From an uncultured Acidobacteriota bacterium (GTDB lineage Bacteria; Acidobacteriota; Blastocatellia; RBC074), in NCBI GenBank assembly GCA_963796275.1, contig CAWCKY010000004.1, positions 320,001 to 384,000 of the forward strand: a stretch of 64,000 bases of DNA, in the 5' to 3' direction. The notes below the pieces were generated by a model. The model searched no databases, had not been told where the DNA came from, and saw only the letters and a list, made by a program, of their open reading frames with translations. The position numbers and the translations under genes are program-made. Below, one piece after another: positions 31,552-43,843 of this stretch. The first letter of the stretch is position 1, and the number at the start of each line of letters is the position of its first letter.

Positions 31552-32010
31552 TTAATGTCGAGCGCCTACGGTCGCCGCAATGATCCGGTCGTTGAGTTCT
31601 TCCGGCATCTCGACCGCTTCCTTCTCCTCGAGTGATTTGCGAACTCCTTCGACCAGGCGGCGGCAGCTTTCACACGCCGCGAAATGTTCGGTAAAAATAC
31701 TTTCGTACGAGCTTTCGATCAACCCCTCGAAATAATCTGATATCAGAGCATCGAGCGTCCGGCAACTGAGCATCTCTCCCGCCGTCGTCGCATTTATGAT
31801 CCGCTGATTTACCTCGGTGAAGAGCTCTGTCTCGCGCATCTGAGATTCGCGCAAATGATGGCAGATATCGATGACTTCACGCACATCGTTGAAGAGCAGG
31901 TGACAAGGCCGGCAAGCGAGCAGGTGTTCGCAGAAATTCCGCCGCACGGGGCGCGCCAGACCGCAGTCGAGATAATCGCCGATCAATTCTTCGAATTGCG
32001 TACATTCCAT
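31552..32010 (-). CDS. Soluble protein with two tandem zf-HC2 (ZAS anti-sigma-type) domains
   Basis: C...DYLD...HLLACRPC and C...DYFE...HFAACESC. No TM segment. Confidence 0.85.
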   Translation of the reverse strand: MECTQFEELIGDYLDCGLARPVRRNFCEHLLACRPCHLLFNDVREVIDICHHLRESQMRETELFTEVNQRIINATTAGEMLSCRTLDALISDYFEGLIESSYESIFTEHFAACESCRRLVEGVRKSLEEKEAVEMPEELNDRIIAATVGARH

Positions 32011-32148
32011 TAAATAGCTCCTCAGAGGGGGGATTTCTGGTCGTGTGAATCATTGTAAATTGACCAGATTTGGATTTCAAGCTCAGCCACATTTTCCCTC
32101 TTTCATTTGATAATTGTCATCTGTCATTTCATTTACGCTTCTTATAAG

Positions 32149-32193
32149 CTTTGACACAGACGCTTTGACACAGAGCATTTGCATCCCTATCAT
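32149..32193 (+). promoter_or_regulatory. Sigma70 promoter with direct repeat over the -35
   Basis: TTGACA(32165)-17 nt-TATCAT(32188). Tandem ctttgacacaga x2. Confidence 0.65.
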
Positions 32194-32315
32194 CACCCTT
32201 TCACAAAATCTATTTAGTTAAAATAAAGAGAGGAGACTTGGAGTGGAAGCGAATGGACAAAGATTGGCATTTTTTGTCATGCCCATCAGTTTTTTGTTTC
32301 CCCTACATTCAGCAG

Positions 32316-32537
32316 ATGAGCGTTTATGACAGCAGAGACCTGATGAGTTTTAAGAGCGTCGCGCGCGAATACAACGTACCCGTCGTGCGGCTCGAGATGG
32401 CTCTTTCGCAAGGAACGCTGCGCGTGATCGAACTGAATGGCGCCAGATGGCTGCTGCGCCCCGAAATCGAGCAGTTCGTCAAGCGCACCGTCAAGCGCGG
32501 AGCCGGAAACAAAGTCGTTACGCGCATTAATCCATAG
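32316..32537 (+). CDS. Small excisionase/HTH_17-like DNA-binding protein
   Basis: LMSFKSVAREYNV...G.L......G.RW.....I..F pattern. Start uncertain. Confidence 0.6.
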   Translation: MSVYDSRDLMSFKSVAREYNVPVVRLEMALSQGTLRVIELNGARWLLRPEIEQFVKRTVKRGAGNKVVTRINP

Positions 32538-32544
32538 AGTTGTG

Positions 32545-33723
32545 ATGAAAAAGCGAATCTCGCGCAAAGCCTCCAGCTTCACCGAATCGGTCATCCGCGA
32601 GATGACCCGACAGGCATCGCTACACGGCGCGATCAATCTCTCGCAGGGCTTTCCCGACTTCCCTGCGCCGGATGACATCAAACGCGCCGCCATCGAGGCC
32701 ATTGAGGCCGACATCAACCAATACGCGATCACCTGGGGCGCCAAACGATTGCGCGACGCGATAGCCGCGAAGACCAGATGGCATCTCGGGTTGGAGATCG
32801 ATCCGGATCGCGAAATCGTGGTCACGTGTGGTGCGACGGAAGCGATGATCGCAACGATGCTGGCCGTCATCGACCCGGGTGATGAGGTGATCGTCTTCGA
32901 ACCATACTATGAAAACTACGGGCCCGACGCGATTCTCTCCGAAGCCGTGACGCGATATGTCACGCTCCACCCGCCCGACTGGCGGTTCGATCCCGAAGAG
33001 CTGCGCGCCGCTTTCACGGAAAAAACCCGGGCTATCATCATCAACACACCCCACAACCCGACGGGCAAGGTCTTCACACGGGAAGAGCTGGGAATCATCG
33101 CCGATCTCTGCATCGAGCACGATGTACTCGCGCTGACTGATGAAATTTACGAGCACATCTGGTACCGAGATCCGGTGCGCCCCAACGGACACATTTCGAT
33201 TGCGACCCTCGACGGTATGCGCGATCGTACTGTTACGATAAATAGTCTCTCGAAAACATATTCTGTCACCGGGTGGCGTGTGGGTTTTGCGATCGCATCT
33301 CCCGATCTGATCAATGGGATCCGCCAGGTCCATGACTTCCTTACCGTCGGCGCAGCCGCTCCCTTACAGGAGGCCGGAGTATATGCGCTCAGCCTGCCGG
33401 TAAGTTATTACGAAAAACTTCAACATGAATATCAGAGACGGAGAGACTACTTACTCGGAGTACTGGAAGAAGCCGGATTCAAATGCTACAAACCAGATGG
33501 CGCATATTACATCATGACGGACATCACCGATTTCGGCTTTGAAAACGATGTCAAATTCACACAGCATCTCATTAGCGACATCGGCGTAGCAGTGGTTCCG
33601 GGGAGCAGTTTTTATCGACGGCGTGAACTTGGGTCGCAGCAGGTGAGATTTTGTTATTGCAAACGCGATGAGACTTTGCAATCAGCTGCGGAACGACTTC
33701 AGAAGCTTCAGCTAAAATCCTGA
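32545..33723 (+). CDS. Class I/II PLP-dependent aminotransferase
   Basis: INLSQGFPDF, NTPHNPTG, DEIYE, SLSKTYSVTGWRVG. Confidence 0.95.
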   Translation: MKKRISRKASSFTESVIREMTRQASLHGAINLSQGFPDFPAPDDIKRAAIEAIEADINQYAITWGAKRLRDAIAAKTRWHLGLEIDPDREIVVTCGATEAMIATMLAVIDPGDEVIVFEPYYENYGPDAILSEAVTRYVTLHPPDWRFDPEELRAAFTEKTRAIIINTPHNPTGKVFTREELGIIADLCIEHDVLALTDEIYEHIWYRDPVRPNGHISIATLDGMRDRTVTINSLSKTYSVTGWRVGFAIASPDLINGIRQVHDFLTVGAAAPLQEAGVYALSLPVSYYEKLQHEYQRRRDYLLGVLEEAGFKCYKPDGAYYIMTDITDFGFENDVKFTQHLISDIGVAVVPGSSFYRRRELGSQQVRFCYCKRDETLQSAAERLQKLQLKS

Positions 33724-33880
33724 ATTCGTTCGTTTATTCCCCCTAGGCAAATATTCCCACCAAAATCAGGCAACTGCCGGAAATAAAATAAGACCGCTAT
33801 TTCGCTGTCATTAGATGAATCTTGCGGTTCTTTCTAATTTTGCCTTGACGGCTAAAAAAAGAAGGAGCTAAAATAGAACC

Positions 33881-35372
<1,492 letters not shown>

Positions 35373-35466
35373 AGACTGGGCAGTCTAAAGCAAAAAACGG
35401 CGGAAGCAAACCACTTTTGCCGACCGTGTTGCTTTTCGTTATTATGATGACGGCTGGATATTTGAA

Positions 35467-36498
35467 ATGTTGTCTGACTCGCAAAACATTCTCGTCACAC
35501 ACATCGCAGGATTGACGCAAACGACGCTGGCACTTCCCGCCCTTCGTTCCCTTCGCAGTCATTTGCCCCATTCGCGAATTACTATTGTTTCGAGCGCCAT
35601 CGCCGCCGATTTGTTGAAGCTGGCCGGGTGCGCCGATGAGATACTGCCGGTCGCCAGGTTTCAACGCGCCGAGATGCTGGACCTGCGCGCGCTCTACCGC
35701 AGCGCGAAAATTTGGAGCGAGTTGCGGCGGGCCAATTACGATCTCGCGCTTGAATTCAATGAGAACACGGAATCTGAGATCGTACTGCGGCTGGCCAATC
35801 CCAGATCGCGTCTGGTCACGCAGAAGAACAAAGGCATAGCTATCTTCGTCGAGAGAGTGACACAGGCTCTGCTCAGGCAGCCGCCGAAGCTCATTCACGC
35901 GGCCCACCATTACCTGAAGTTATTGGAACCGCTGGGAGTGCGTCCCATCGAATCCGAGCCGCGGCTTATGACGGATCGCGCTTCCGATGAGTCGATTGAT
36001 AGGTTGTTGCGCAAACATGCGGTCGGGATCGGCGAACTGCTGATAGGTATACATCCCGGCGCAAGATCGGGGAGAGAGCGCTGGCCGCGATCGCGATTCA
36101 GCTCGATCGCATCACGAATGATTCATAACTTCAATGCTCGTGTGGTAGTCCTCGCGGGGCCGGCGGAACGCGGAGCGGCAAAAAAGCTGGCGGCGGAGCT
36201 GCCAGCCAAGCGGGCTATCGCCATCGAATCAAATAAGCTAGCCGATTTCGCCTCGGCAGTAGCCCGACTCAGTCTGCTGGTATCGAACCACAGCGGACCG
36301 GCGCACATCGCTGCGGCGATCGGAACCCCGGTTGTAGCGGTCTCGGCTACTTCCGGGCCGTCGCCGCACGACCTGCTGGGCCGTCATAACGAACATATTC
36401 GCGGTTCGCACGTCGAGCTGATCTCCGAGGAGGACGTTTTTGATGCAGCCTGCCGGCTGATAAAAATTAATCGCGCGGAGTTTCTGCGCTCGAGGTGA
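35467..36498 (+). CDS. Glycosyltransferase family 9 (heptosyltransferase-like)
   Basis: IHPGA, SGPAHIAAAIGTPVV. Canonical GD and ND residues appear diverged. Confidence 0.85.
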   Translation: MLSDSQNILVTHIAGLTQTTLALPALRSLRSHLPHSRITIVSSAIAADLLKLAGCADEILPVARFQRAEMLDLRALYRSAKIWSELRRANYDLALEFNENTESEIVLRLANPRSRLVTQKNKGIAIFVERVTQALLRQPPKLIHAAHHYLKLLEPLGVRPIESEPRLMTDRASDESIDRLLRKHAVGIGELLIGIHPGARSGRERWPRSRFSSIASRMIHNFNARVVVLAGPAERGAAKKLAAELPAKRAIAIESNKLADFASAVARLSLLVSNHSGPAHIAAAIGTPVVAVSATSGPSPHDLLGRHNEHIRGSHVELISEEDVFDAACRLIKINRAEFLRSR

Positions 36499-36621
36499 GC
36501 TATAATTTACGAGTTTCTTAAACCGTTCCGCCCGATAGATCGCGCCGGACGTTAATATTCATATAATCGTATTTCTCTATTTACCGTGATCTCCGCAAAT
36601 ATAAAGATAAGGAGCAACTGA

Positions 36622-38847
36622 ATGTTTCGCAGGACATTGACACTCACATTTCTCGTTTTCTCGCTGGTATTCTTCCCCTTCGCCTCCATGGCAGATGAGG
36701 GGATGTGGCTGCCGGATACAATTGACAAACTACCGCTCGCGCAGCTCAAAAAGCGCGGATTCGAATTAAAGCCCGATGAGGTTTACAGCACTACCAAACC
36801 CAGTTTGAAAGACGCTATCGTCCAGATCAGCATCGGGGGCACAGGATCATTCATCTCGGCGGACGGATTAATTCTGACCAATCATCACGTCGCCTTCGCT
36901 GCGGTTACGAGAGCCAGCACGGCTGAGAGCGATTACATCAGCAAAGGGTTCCTGGCAAAATCGCGCGCCGAGGAGATACCCGCTCAAGGCTATACCGTTT
37001 CAATCACGCAGGAATACAAAGACATCACGGCAGATGTGCTCTCAGCGGTCAACCCGGAAATGTCCCAAGAAGAGAAGACGCGAGCTATTTCGGTGAAGCA
37101 GCAGGATATCCAAAAAGCAGCGGCCGCCGGACACGAGACCGATGGGATTCGCATTCAGGTAGTGGAGGCGACCGGGGGTTACCAATATTACCTTTACACC
37201 TATCTCACGCTGCGAGATGTCAGGCTGGTATATGCGCCGCCCAAATCGATCGGTTATTTCGGAGGCGATCCCGATAATTTTGAATGGCCGCGCCATTGCG
37301 GCGATTTCGCTATCTTGCGGGCGTATGTCGGCCCAGACGGCAAGCCGGCGAACAGCGGCAAGACAAATGTCCCTTTCAAACCGAAGAAGTTTTTACCGAT
37401 CAATGCCAATGGAATCAAAGAGGGCGAGTTCGCGATGGTCATGGGTTATCCCGGCGCGACCTTCCGTCATCGCGAATCGTACTCAGTCGAATATCGACAG
37501 AACCTGCAGCTTCCCGACCAGATTGCGGCGTTGCGCAGACAGATCGATATTCTGACGAAGCTCGGCGAAAAAAATCCATCGCTCAAACCGCGACTCGCCG
37601 ACCAAATTTTCAGCATGAGCAATTCGCTCAAGGCATTTGAAGGCACGGTTACCGGTTTGAAGCGGATGAATCTGGTTGAGCGTAAGCGCACGGAGGAGGC
37701 TGAGTTCACCAGATGGTTGGACAATAATCCGGCGATGAAGGCTAAGTATGGTGATGTGCTGCCCAAGATCGAGGAAGCTTACCGCGATCTGAATTCTTTC
37801 AGTAAGAAACAGAGCGTAATCAACAACCTGCTCAACTCGGGAGACCTGATCAGCGTGCTTCAATTCGCCTACGCTCGCTCTCTCGATCGAGAGAAACCAC
37901 AGAATGAGCGCGTGCCGCAATTCAGCGATACGGCCGTCGGATTACTGACCATGCGCCTCGGGCAATCTTGGAATGAGCGTGAATCGGAGTCTGAAATTGG
38001 TTTGCTGGCCGCTGCTCTCGAACGCGCTTCCCAATTGCCAGAAGATCAAAAACTGCCCTTCATCGAAAATCAATTTGCAGGCAAGTCCGCAAAGGAGCGC
38101 AAGAAAGCCGAAGCCGACTATGCGAAGACCGCTATCGAGAGCACGAAATTTCGTTCTTTCGATGAGATCGCGCAACTCTTCAAAGCATCAGCCACAGAGA
38201 TCCGCGCGATCGACGATCCTGCGTTGAAACTGGTCGTGCAATCGCAGGACGAAGTCGCACCGCTCACCAAAAGGGCGAATCAATTCAATAATACAATCAT
38301 CAGGCTTCGTCCCGACTACGTCCGGGGGATGGTTGAGATGAAGCAGGAGCTGAAGAAAGGGACCTATTATCCCGACGCCAACTTCACATTGCGCTTCAGC
38401 TATGGCGACGTCAAGGGTTACAAACCGCGCGATGCGGTCAGCTACGACTATCAAACATCATTGGATGGCGTGATCGCGAAAGATACCGGTGAAGAACCGT
38501 TCGACGTCCCTCAAAAACTGAAAGAGTTGTCGGCGAAAAAGGATTATGGGAACTATATCGACTCGCGGCTGAATGATGTTCCGGTGGCATTCCTTACCAC
38601 GAATGATATCACGGGAGGTAACTCCGGGAGCCCGGTAATGAACGGTAAGGGCGAAATCATCGGGCTCGCATTCGATGGCAACTACGAGGGACTGGGCGGC
38701 GATTACGCGTACAACTTGACCACGAATCGCACGCTCGCAGTCGATATCCGTTACGCGCTCTTCTTGATGGAGAAGTTCGCCGGCGCCAACTATCTCTTCA
38801 ATGAGATGCAGATCAAAAAGCCGAGAGCGATGACGGCAGCCCAATAA
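36622..38847 (+). CDS. S46 dipeptidyl peptidase (DPP7-like)
   Basis: [23 protein letters not shown] (Gly at S1) indicates DPP7 type. Confidence 0.95.
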   Translation: MFRRTLTLTFLVFSLVFFPFASMADEGMWLPDTIDKLPLAQLKKRGFELKPDEVYSTTKPSLKDAIVQISIGGTGSFISADGLILTNHHVAFAAVTRASTAESDYISKGFLAKSRAEEIPAQGYTVSITQEYKDITADVLSAVNPEMSQEEKTRAISVKQQDIQKAAAAGHETDGIRIQVVEATGGYQYYLYTYLTLRDVRLVYAPPKSIGYFGGDPDNFEWPRHCGDFAILRAYVGPDGKPANSGKTNVPFKPKKFLPINANGIKEGEFAMVMGYPGATFRHRESYSVEYRQNLQLPDQIAALRRQIDILTKLGEKNPSLKPRLADQIFSMSNSLKAFEGTVTGLKRMNLVERKRTEEAEFTRWLDNNPAMKAKYGDVLPKIEEAYRDLNSFSKKQSVINNLLNSGDLISVLQFAYARSLDREKPQNERVPQFSDTAVGLLTMRLGQSWNERESESEIGLLAAALERASQLPEDQKLPFIENQFAGKSAKERKKAEADYAKTAIESTKFRSFDEIAQLFKASATEIRAIDDPALKLVVQSQDEVAPLTKRANQFNNTIIRLRPDYVRGMVEMKQELKKGTYYPDANFTLRFSYGDVKGYKPRDAVSYDYQTSLDGVIAKDTGEEPFDVPQKLKELSAKKDYGNYIDSRLNDVPVAFLTTNDITGGNSGSPVMNGKGEIIGLAFDGNYEGLGGDYAYNLTTNRTLAVDIRYALFLMEKFAGANYLFNEMQIKKPRAMTAAQ

Positions 38848-38852
38848 ATCAA

Positions 38853-38906
38853 AAGGGGGGAGAGGCATAATGAAGAATTTTTTCTTCTTTTGCCCCTTCT
38901 CCCCTT
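38853..38906. terminator. Hairpin between convergent genes
   Basis: aaggggggagaggca ... tgccccttctcccctt. Confidence 0.5.
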
Positions 38907-38923
38907 AAAATCTTGGAAATTAC

Positions 38924-39526
38924 TTATCTCGAGTTTCCGAGGATCGGCTCAAGCGCTTCCCGCAGCTTCATCATCCCCAGTCTGGTGCGCGTCTTAACTG
39001 TGCCCAGGGGCTGATTGAGTTTGGCCGCGATTTCGCTGTGGCTGAGTCCGGAGTAGTAGGCGAGCTCGATCACCTCACGCTGTTCCGGCGAGAGCGCTTC
39101 GAGCGCGGCGCGCACGAAGCGCTGGCGTTCGGATGCGACTGTCATCTCTTCCGGCGTGGCATCGCTGGTCGGAGCATCCCCCAATGAATCGAGGGGCTCT
39201 TTGCGCTGCTGGTCCTGCCATCCGGAACGCAGACGATCGATGGCGCGGCTACGCGCGATTGTGGTCAGCCAAGCGAGAGGTGTTCCGCGTTGATTGTCGT
39301 AATTTACTGCCGTACGCCAGACCTGTGTATATACATCCAACAGGACTTCTTCGGCTATGCTCGTATCACCCACTACGCGCAGGATCAATCCAAATACGAG
39401 CCGGTTTGTTGTATCGTAAAGCGTCCCGAGCGCGGCTTGATCTCCTCCAGCTACCCGCCGAATCAGTTCTACCCATTCTTGATCGCGTGCCCGAGCGTCG
39501 GCTGTGTCCGTGGCGAATTGCACCAA
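38924..39526 (-). CDS. ECF RNA polymerase sigma factor (SigK-like)
   Basis: WLTTIARSRAIDRLR, LAYYSGLSHSEIA, PLGTVKTR. Confidence 0.95.
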   Translation of the reverse strand: MVQFATDTADARARDQEWVELIRRVAGGDQAALGTLYDTTNRLVFGLILRVVGDTSIAEEVLLDVYTQVWRTAVNYDNQRGTPLAWLTTIARSRAIDRLRSGWQDQQRKEPLDSLGDAPTSDATPEEMTVASERQRFVRAALEALSPEQREVIELAYYSGLSHSEIAAKLNQPLGTVKTRTRLGMMKLREALEPILGNSR

Positions 39527-39692
39527 CTTCTCCCTGTGAGTAATTTGCTCTGGTCTTTGAAGAACATTAAGCTGTATTCGTCATTTTGATTTTTGATGCG
39601 CAGGCCATTTCAGTCTATTCTATTACCCGCTGAAGGCCATGTGCGGTATCAAAGAAATATGATCTTATAACAGAATCGAACAAACAGCCAAG

Positions 39693-40404
39693 ATGAAATA
39701 TGATTATTCGAATCGCGTCGTTGTGGTCACCGGCGCCGCAGGCAACCTGGGTATCCGCCGCGGCGCGGGCCTTCATATCTGCTCAGGCGAACATCGCCCT
39801 GGTAGACCGCACCGCCGGAAGACTGGAAAAGACCTTTTCCGATCTGGCTGAGGGCTCACCTGAATGCTTCATCACGCCGCCCACCGACCTCACCGATCCG
39901 AGTGCGGTTGATTCAATGATCGAAGCGGTCCAGGACCATTTCGGGAGAATCGATATTCTCGTCAACATAGCCGGCGGTTTTCGCGCGGGAAGGCCTCTTT
40001 ACAAGACGTCTCTCAGCGACTGGGACATGATGATCAACTTGAATGCGCGATCGGTCTTCATCACCTGCCAGTCGGTCATTCCGCTCATGTTGAGTCAGGG
40101 ATACGGCAAGATAATAAATATCGCGTCTCGCGCAGCGCTCGGTGGAGAGGCTTTTCAATCGGCGTACAGCGCCTCGAAAGCGGCGGTCGTGCGTCTGACC
40201 GAGAGCATGGCTGCCGAATTAAAGGAGGCGGGGATAAATGTGAATTGCATCATGCCCGGGATCATCGATACGCCGCAGAACCGCGCGGCTATGCCTTCGG
40301 CCGATTTCAGCAAATGGGTTGCGCCCGCAGCGGTGGCCGATGTCATCCTGTTTCTGGCTTCCGACAACGCGCGCGCGCTTCACGGAGCATCATTACCGGT
40401 ATGA
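39693..40404 (+). pseudogene. SDR oxidoreductase with +1 frameshift near 39753 (pseudogene or sequence error)
   Basis: [20 protein letters not shown] in one frame. The rest (NIAGG, YSASK, PGIIDTP) is in another frame. Confidence 0.8.
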
Positions 40405-41075
40405 ACTGAGAGAGGAATACTGCGAATCGAAAATTTCGTTCGCGCTCATGCCGCTCCGCGCGCGTGCCGATGGCGAATTTCCACCACAAACAGACCAGAT
40501 AAATCCAACCTCCGGGCTCTGCCCGTAAACCCAGACGAAAAATGCGAGTTTGAAAGATGGTGCCCCAATCGCATCTATGCTCAGCGGTGAAAATGCTCTG
40601 AGTCGATGCTCGTGCGAGACCACGTTTTGCATGCCTTTTGCCGGGAAGGCAGAGGGGGAAGTTGCCCGCGAACTGCAATCAAAGCGCGGTCTCGCGCTCG
40701 TTTCAAAAGTCCCCCGTCATTATCGTTAGACATCATCGTTAGTCATCGGATCTGCCATAGTGACAGCTGTAATATCGCAATAGCCGATATTTCAATTCCT
40801 CGGCAGCGACCAATGCCCTTCCATTCAATTCTTCCTGGCATATTGCCCGAAGGGGATACTATGTGCTGTGTCGTGCGATCTGTGTACCGCGCTGGGATGT
40901 CGAGCCTTGTCTCGATTTCCGAAGAAATCGAGGAGTTTTGTGACAGTACCACTATATGTCTTCACCCCATTCCCGGCGTCGAGAAAAAATTCGGAAAAGG
41001 TGTGAGAAGAGGCCGGTTCACCGGCCAGAGGAGTATCGCTGGACTTGTCGAATATGTCTCGGTAGAGTTGCGATC

Positions 41076-42287
41076 ATGGAATACGCTGAAATTGTCGAAG
41101 CTGAAGGCCACCTCGTCGATTCGCAGATCCTCTCCAGGGTTATGGACCGCGTGATCGAATGCGGCGCGGTCTATGAAGTGATGGATTTCCGGTTGGGCCG
41201 CACAAACGATCAATTCTCGCAATTACGTCTACGGGTAGTTGCGCCATCGGAACAGGTACTGAAGAAGACTCTCGAAGAGTTGATCGAGCTGGGTTGTTAC
41301 CCCGCACAGATTTCGAACGCGAAGCTCGAACCGGCGCCGCAGGATCGCGTGGCGCCCGCCGACTTCTATTCGACGACGAACCACCGCACCCATATCCGTA
41401 TGGGGGGCGCCTGGCTTGATGTTGCAGAACAGCGAATGGACGCGGTAATTATCGTCAAAGATGAGCTGGCCGCCTGCCGCAAGCTGCGCGACGTCAAGGA
41501 AGGCGAGATGGTCGTCTGCGGCACCCTGGGGATCCGCATCCAGCCTGAATTCAAAGAGAGGGACCGGCTCGGCTTTGCGTTCATGGCGAACGAGATATCA
41601 TCGGAGCGCAGGGCCGCGACGGTCGTCCGCAAAATCTCGGAGATGATGCAACAGATCAAGGCGGAGGGCGGCCGTATCGTATTCGTCGCCGGCCCCGTCG
41701 TCATCCACACGGGGGGATCACAGGCATTCTGCGAGATCATTCGCAGAGGCTTCGTCGACGCGCTCCTGGCGGGCAATGCGATAGCCGTCCACGATATCGA
41801 GCACGTCCTCTTCGGCACTTCTCTCGGCGTCGATCTGGAACATGGCATTCCGATCGAAGAAGGGCACAAGAATCATATGCGCGCGATCAACACGATCAAC
41901 CGCTACGGCTCGATCAAGGGCGCGGTTGAGGTTGGAGTTCTGCGTTCAGGCGTCATGTACGAGTGCGTAAAGAATAACGTGCCGTTTGTACTCGCCGGTT
42001 CCATCCGCGATGACGGTCCACTGCCCGACACCGAGATGGACCTGATAAAGGCCCAAGAAGAGTACGCACGGCTTTTGGTCGACGCGAAACTCGTCATCTG
42101 CCTATCATCGATGCTGCATTCGATCGGCGTGGGAAATATGCTGCCGTCCTGGGTGCGGATGGTCTGCGTGGATATCAACCCGGCGGTCGTCACAAAGCTG
42201 TCCGATCGCGGGTCTCAACAGACTGTCGGCGTGGTGACCGATGTCGGAACTTTTTTGAACCTGCTCGCACAACAACTTTGGAAGTAG
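41076..42287 (+). CDS. TIGR00300 family protein (ArgZ C-terminal-like, putative ornithine cyclodeaminase)
   Basis: EGHLVDS, FYSTTNH, ISSER, LAGSIRDDGPLP, KLSDRGS. Confidence 0.9.
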   Translation: MEYAEIVEAEGHLVDSQILSRVMDRVIECGAVYEVMDFRLGRTNDQFSQLRLRVVAPSEQVLKKTLEELIELGCYPAQISNAKLEPAPQDRVAPADFYSTTNHRTHIRMGGAWLDVAEQRMDAVIIVKDELAACRKLRDVKEGEMVVCGTLGIRIQPEFKERDRLGFAFMANEISSERRAATVVRKISEMMQQIKAEGGRIVFVAGPVVIHTGGSQAFCEIIRRGFVDALLAGNAIAVHDIEHVLFGTSLGVDLEHGIPIEEGHKNHMRAINTINRYGSIKGAVEVGVLRSGVMYECVKNNVPFVLAGSIRDDGPLPDTEMDLIKAQEEYARLLVDAKLVICLSSMLHSIGVGNMLPSWVRMVCVDINPAVVTKLSDRGSQQTVGVVTDVGTFLNLLAQQLWK

Positions 42288-42365
42288 GAGTAGTAAAGGA
42301 GAAGGCAGGTTTCTATCCTTCCCGTTCGTTCAGATATAACGAACTGTAGATCTAAGGCTTCATTT

Positions 42366-43292
42366 ATGTTCAAACCAATGAGATACGCGATTTTTCCCGC
42401 TCTAATCCTTTTATTTCTGAGCGCCTGCACTTTTCTGACCGGCGAGGGGCAACAACTGCTCTTCGCTTACAATCTCGGCGACGGCGACGGGTTGCATCTG
42501 GCATACAGCCCTGACGGCTTTAAATGGACGCCGCTCAAAAACGGTGAACCGGTCTTTAAATCAGAGATCGGATCGAAGCTGCTGCGCGATCCATCTCTCA
42601 TCGAATCTCAGCGCGGAGAGTTCCATTTGATCTGGTCGACCGGAGAGGTCGATAAGGGATTCGGATACGCAAGCTCGAAAGACCTTATCACATGGAGCGA
42701 TCAGCGATTTATCCCGATCAGCGAGAAGCTCAAGGCATATAACACGCGGTCTCCGATACTCTATTATGAACGCCGGCCGCGACTCTTTTATATAATCTGG
42801 TCAGCCACGATTCCCGGGCTCCGGGAAGAAAAATTGGAAGAGGGCGCAGTGAGCAACGTACTTTTATCGATTACCACGCGGGACTTCGTCAACTTCAGTG
42901 AACCCAAAATCTTCTATGACCCCCAATACAGCTGTCTTGACGCATCGCTGCTTATGGTTGGCGATGAATACAAGCTGGTATTCAGAGACGGGCGTCCCGA
43001 GCAAGACACGCTCCGCGTCAGCTCTGCGCCAACCGTAAATGGCGAGTGGAGCGAACCGACTGATCCGATTGCGCAAGTTACCGGCGCCGAGAGTCCGACC
43101 GCCGTTAAGTTCGGCGATGATTGGCTGATCTATTTCTATCAACCGCAGAATAACACTTCCTACGGCGCATTGCGTTCGCGTGACTTCGTACAGTGGGAAG
43201 ACGTCAGCAGTCAGGTGTCATTGCCGCAGGGGGCGAAGCACGGCAGCGTGATGCGCATCCCCGATTTGGAACTTGAAGTGTTGCAGAAGTAA
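42366..43292 (+). CDS. GH43-like five-bladed propeller glycoside hydrolase lipoprotein
   Basis: LSAC lipobox, GLHLAYS.DG, RDP, S.DLI.W, HGSV. Confidence 0.8.
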   Translation: MFKPMRYAIFPALILLFLSACTFLTGEGQQLLFAYNLGDGDGLHLAYSPDGFKWTPLKNGEPVFKSEIGSKLLRDPSLIESQRGEFHLIWSTGEVDKGFGYASSKDLITWSDQRFIPISEKLKAYNTRSPILYYERRPRLFYIIWSATIPGLREEKLEEGAVSNVLLSITTRDFVNFSEPKIFYDPQYSCLDASLLMVGDEYKLVFRDGRPEQDTLRVSSAPTVNGEWSEPTDPIAQVTGAESPTAVKFGDDWLIYFYQPQNNTSYGALRSRDFVQWEDVSSQVSLPQGAKHGSVMRIPDLELEVLQK

Positions 43293-43354
43293 TGAAGAAA
43301 TAGAATACCGGAGGCGAGGAGAGAGGATTGCGACTCCTTCTCGTCCTCTCAACT

Positions 43355-43771
43355 TCACCCTACCCACTCTTCACCATCTTCGAAGACTTCTTTCTTCCAG
43401 ATCGGTACCGTCTGTTTGAGGCGATCGATGGCGTATTGACAGGCCTCGAATGCGATACGGCGGTGCGGAGAGGTTATGACGATGACGACCGATGATTCGG
43501 ATATCTTCAACTCGCCGAAGCGATGGATGATGCCGATACGATCCACGCCAGGCCAGCGCTCGCGGACTTCATCACCGATGCGGCTCATCTCCTTGATCGC
43601 CATTGAGACATAAGCATCATATTGGAGACTGACGACCCGACGACCCGACGTTTGGTTGCGGACGACGCCATCGAAAGTCACCATTGCTCCGGAAGCGCCG
43701 GTCAAAACCCTCTGCTCCAACCCCTGCTTGTCGATCGGCTCTCGCGTAATTTCAAATATATCTTCCTGCAT
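43355..43771 (-). CDS. moaE: Molybdopterin synthase catalytic subunit
   Basis: GA.VTF.G.VRN, HR.G.L, SPHR, LKQTVPIWKKE. Confidence 0.96.
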   Translation of the reverse strand: MQEDIFEITREPIDKQGLEQRVLTGASGAMVTFDGVVRNQTSGRRVVSLQYDAYVSMAIKEMSRIGDEVRERWPGVDRIGIIHRFGELKISESSVVIVITSPHRRIAFEACQYAIDRLKQTVPIWKKEVFEDGEEWVG

Positions 43772-43776
43772 AAATA

Positions 43777-43839
43777 GTTTTCAGTTTTTTGTTTTCAGTT
43801 TTCGATCAAGATCATCCTCAACTGAAAACTGAAACTGAC
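43777..43839. repeat. Heptamer palindrome between moaD and moaE
   Basis: gttttcagttttttgttttcagttttc ... aactgaaaactgaaactgac. Confidence 0.75.
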
Positions 43840-43843
43840 ATAA

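Noticed and set aside
40405-41075. Several short ORFs between the SDR and TIGR00300 genes
   Set aside because: They conflict with each other and have no clear RBS or motif. A decayed gene cannot be excluded.
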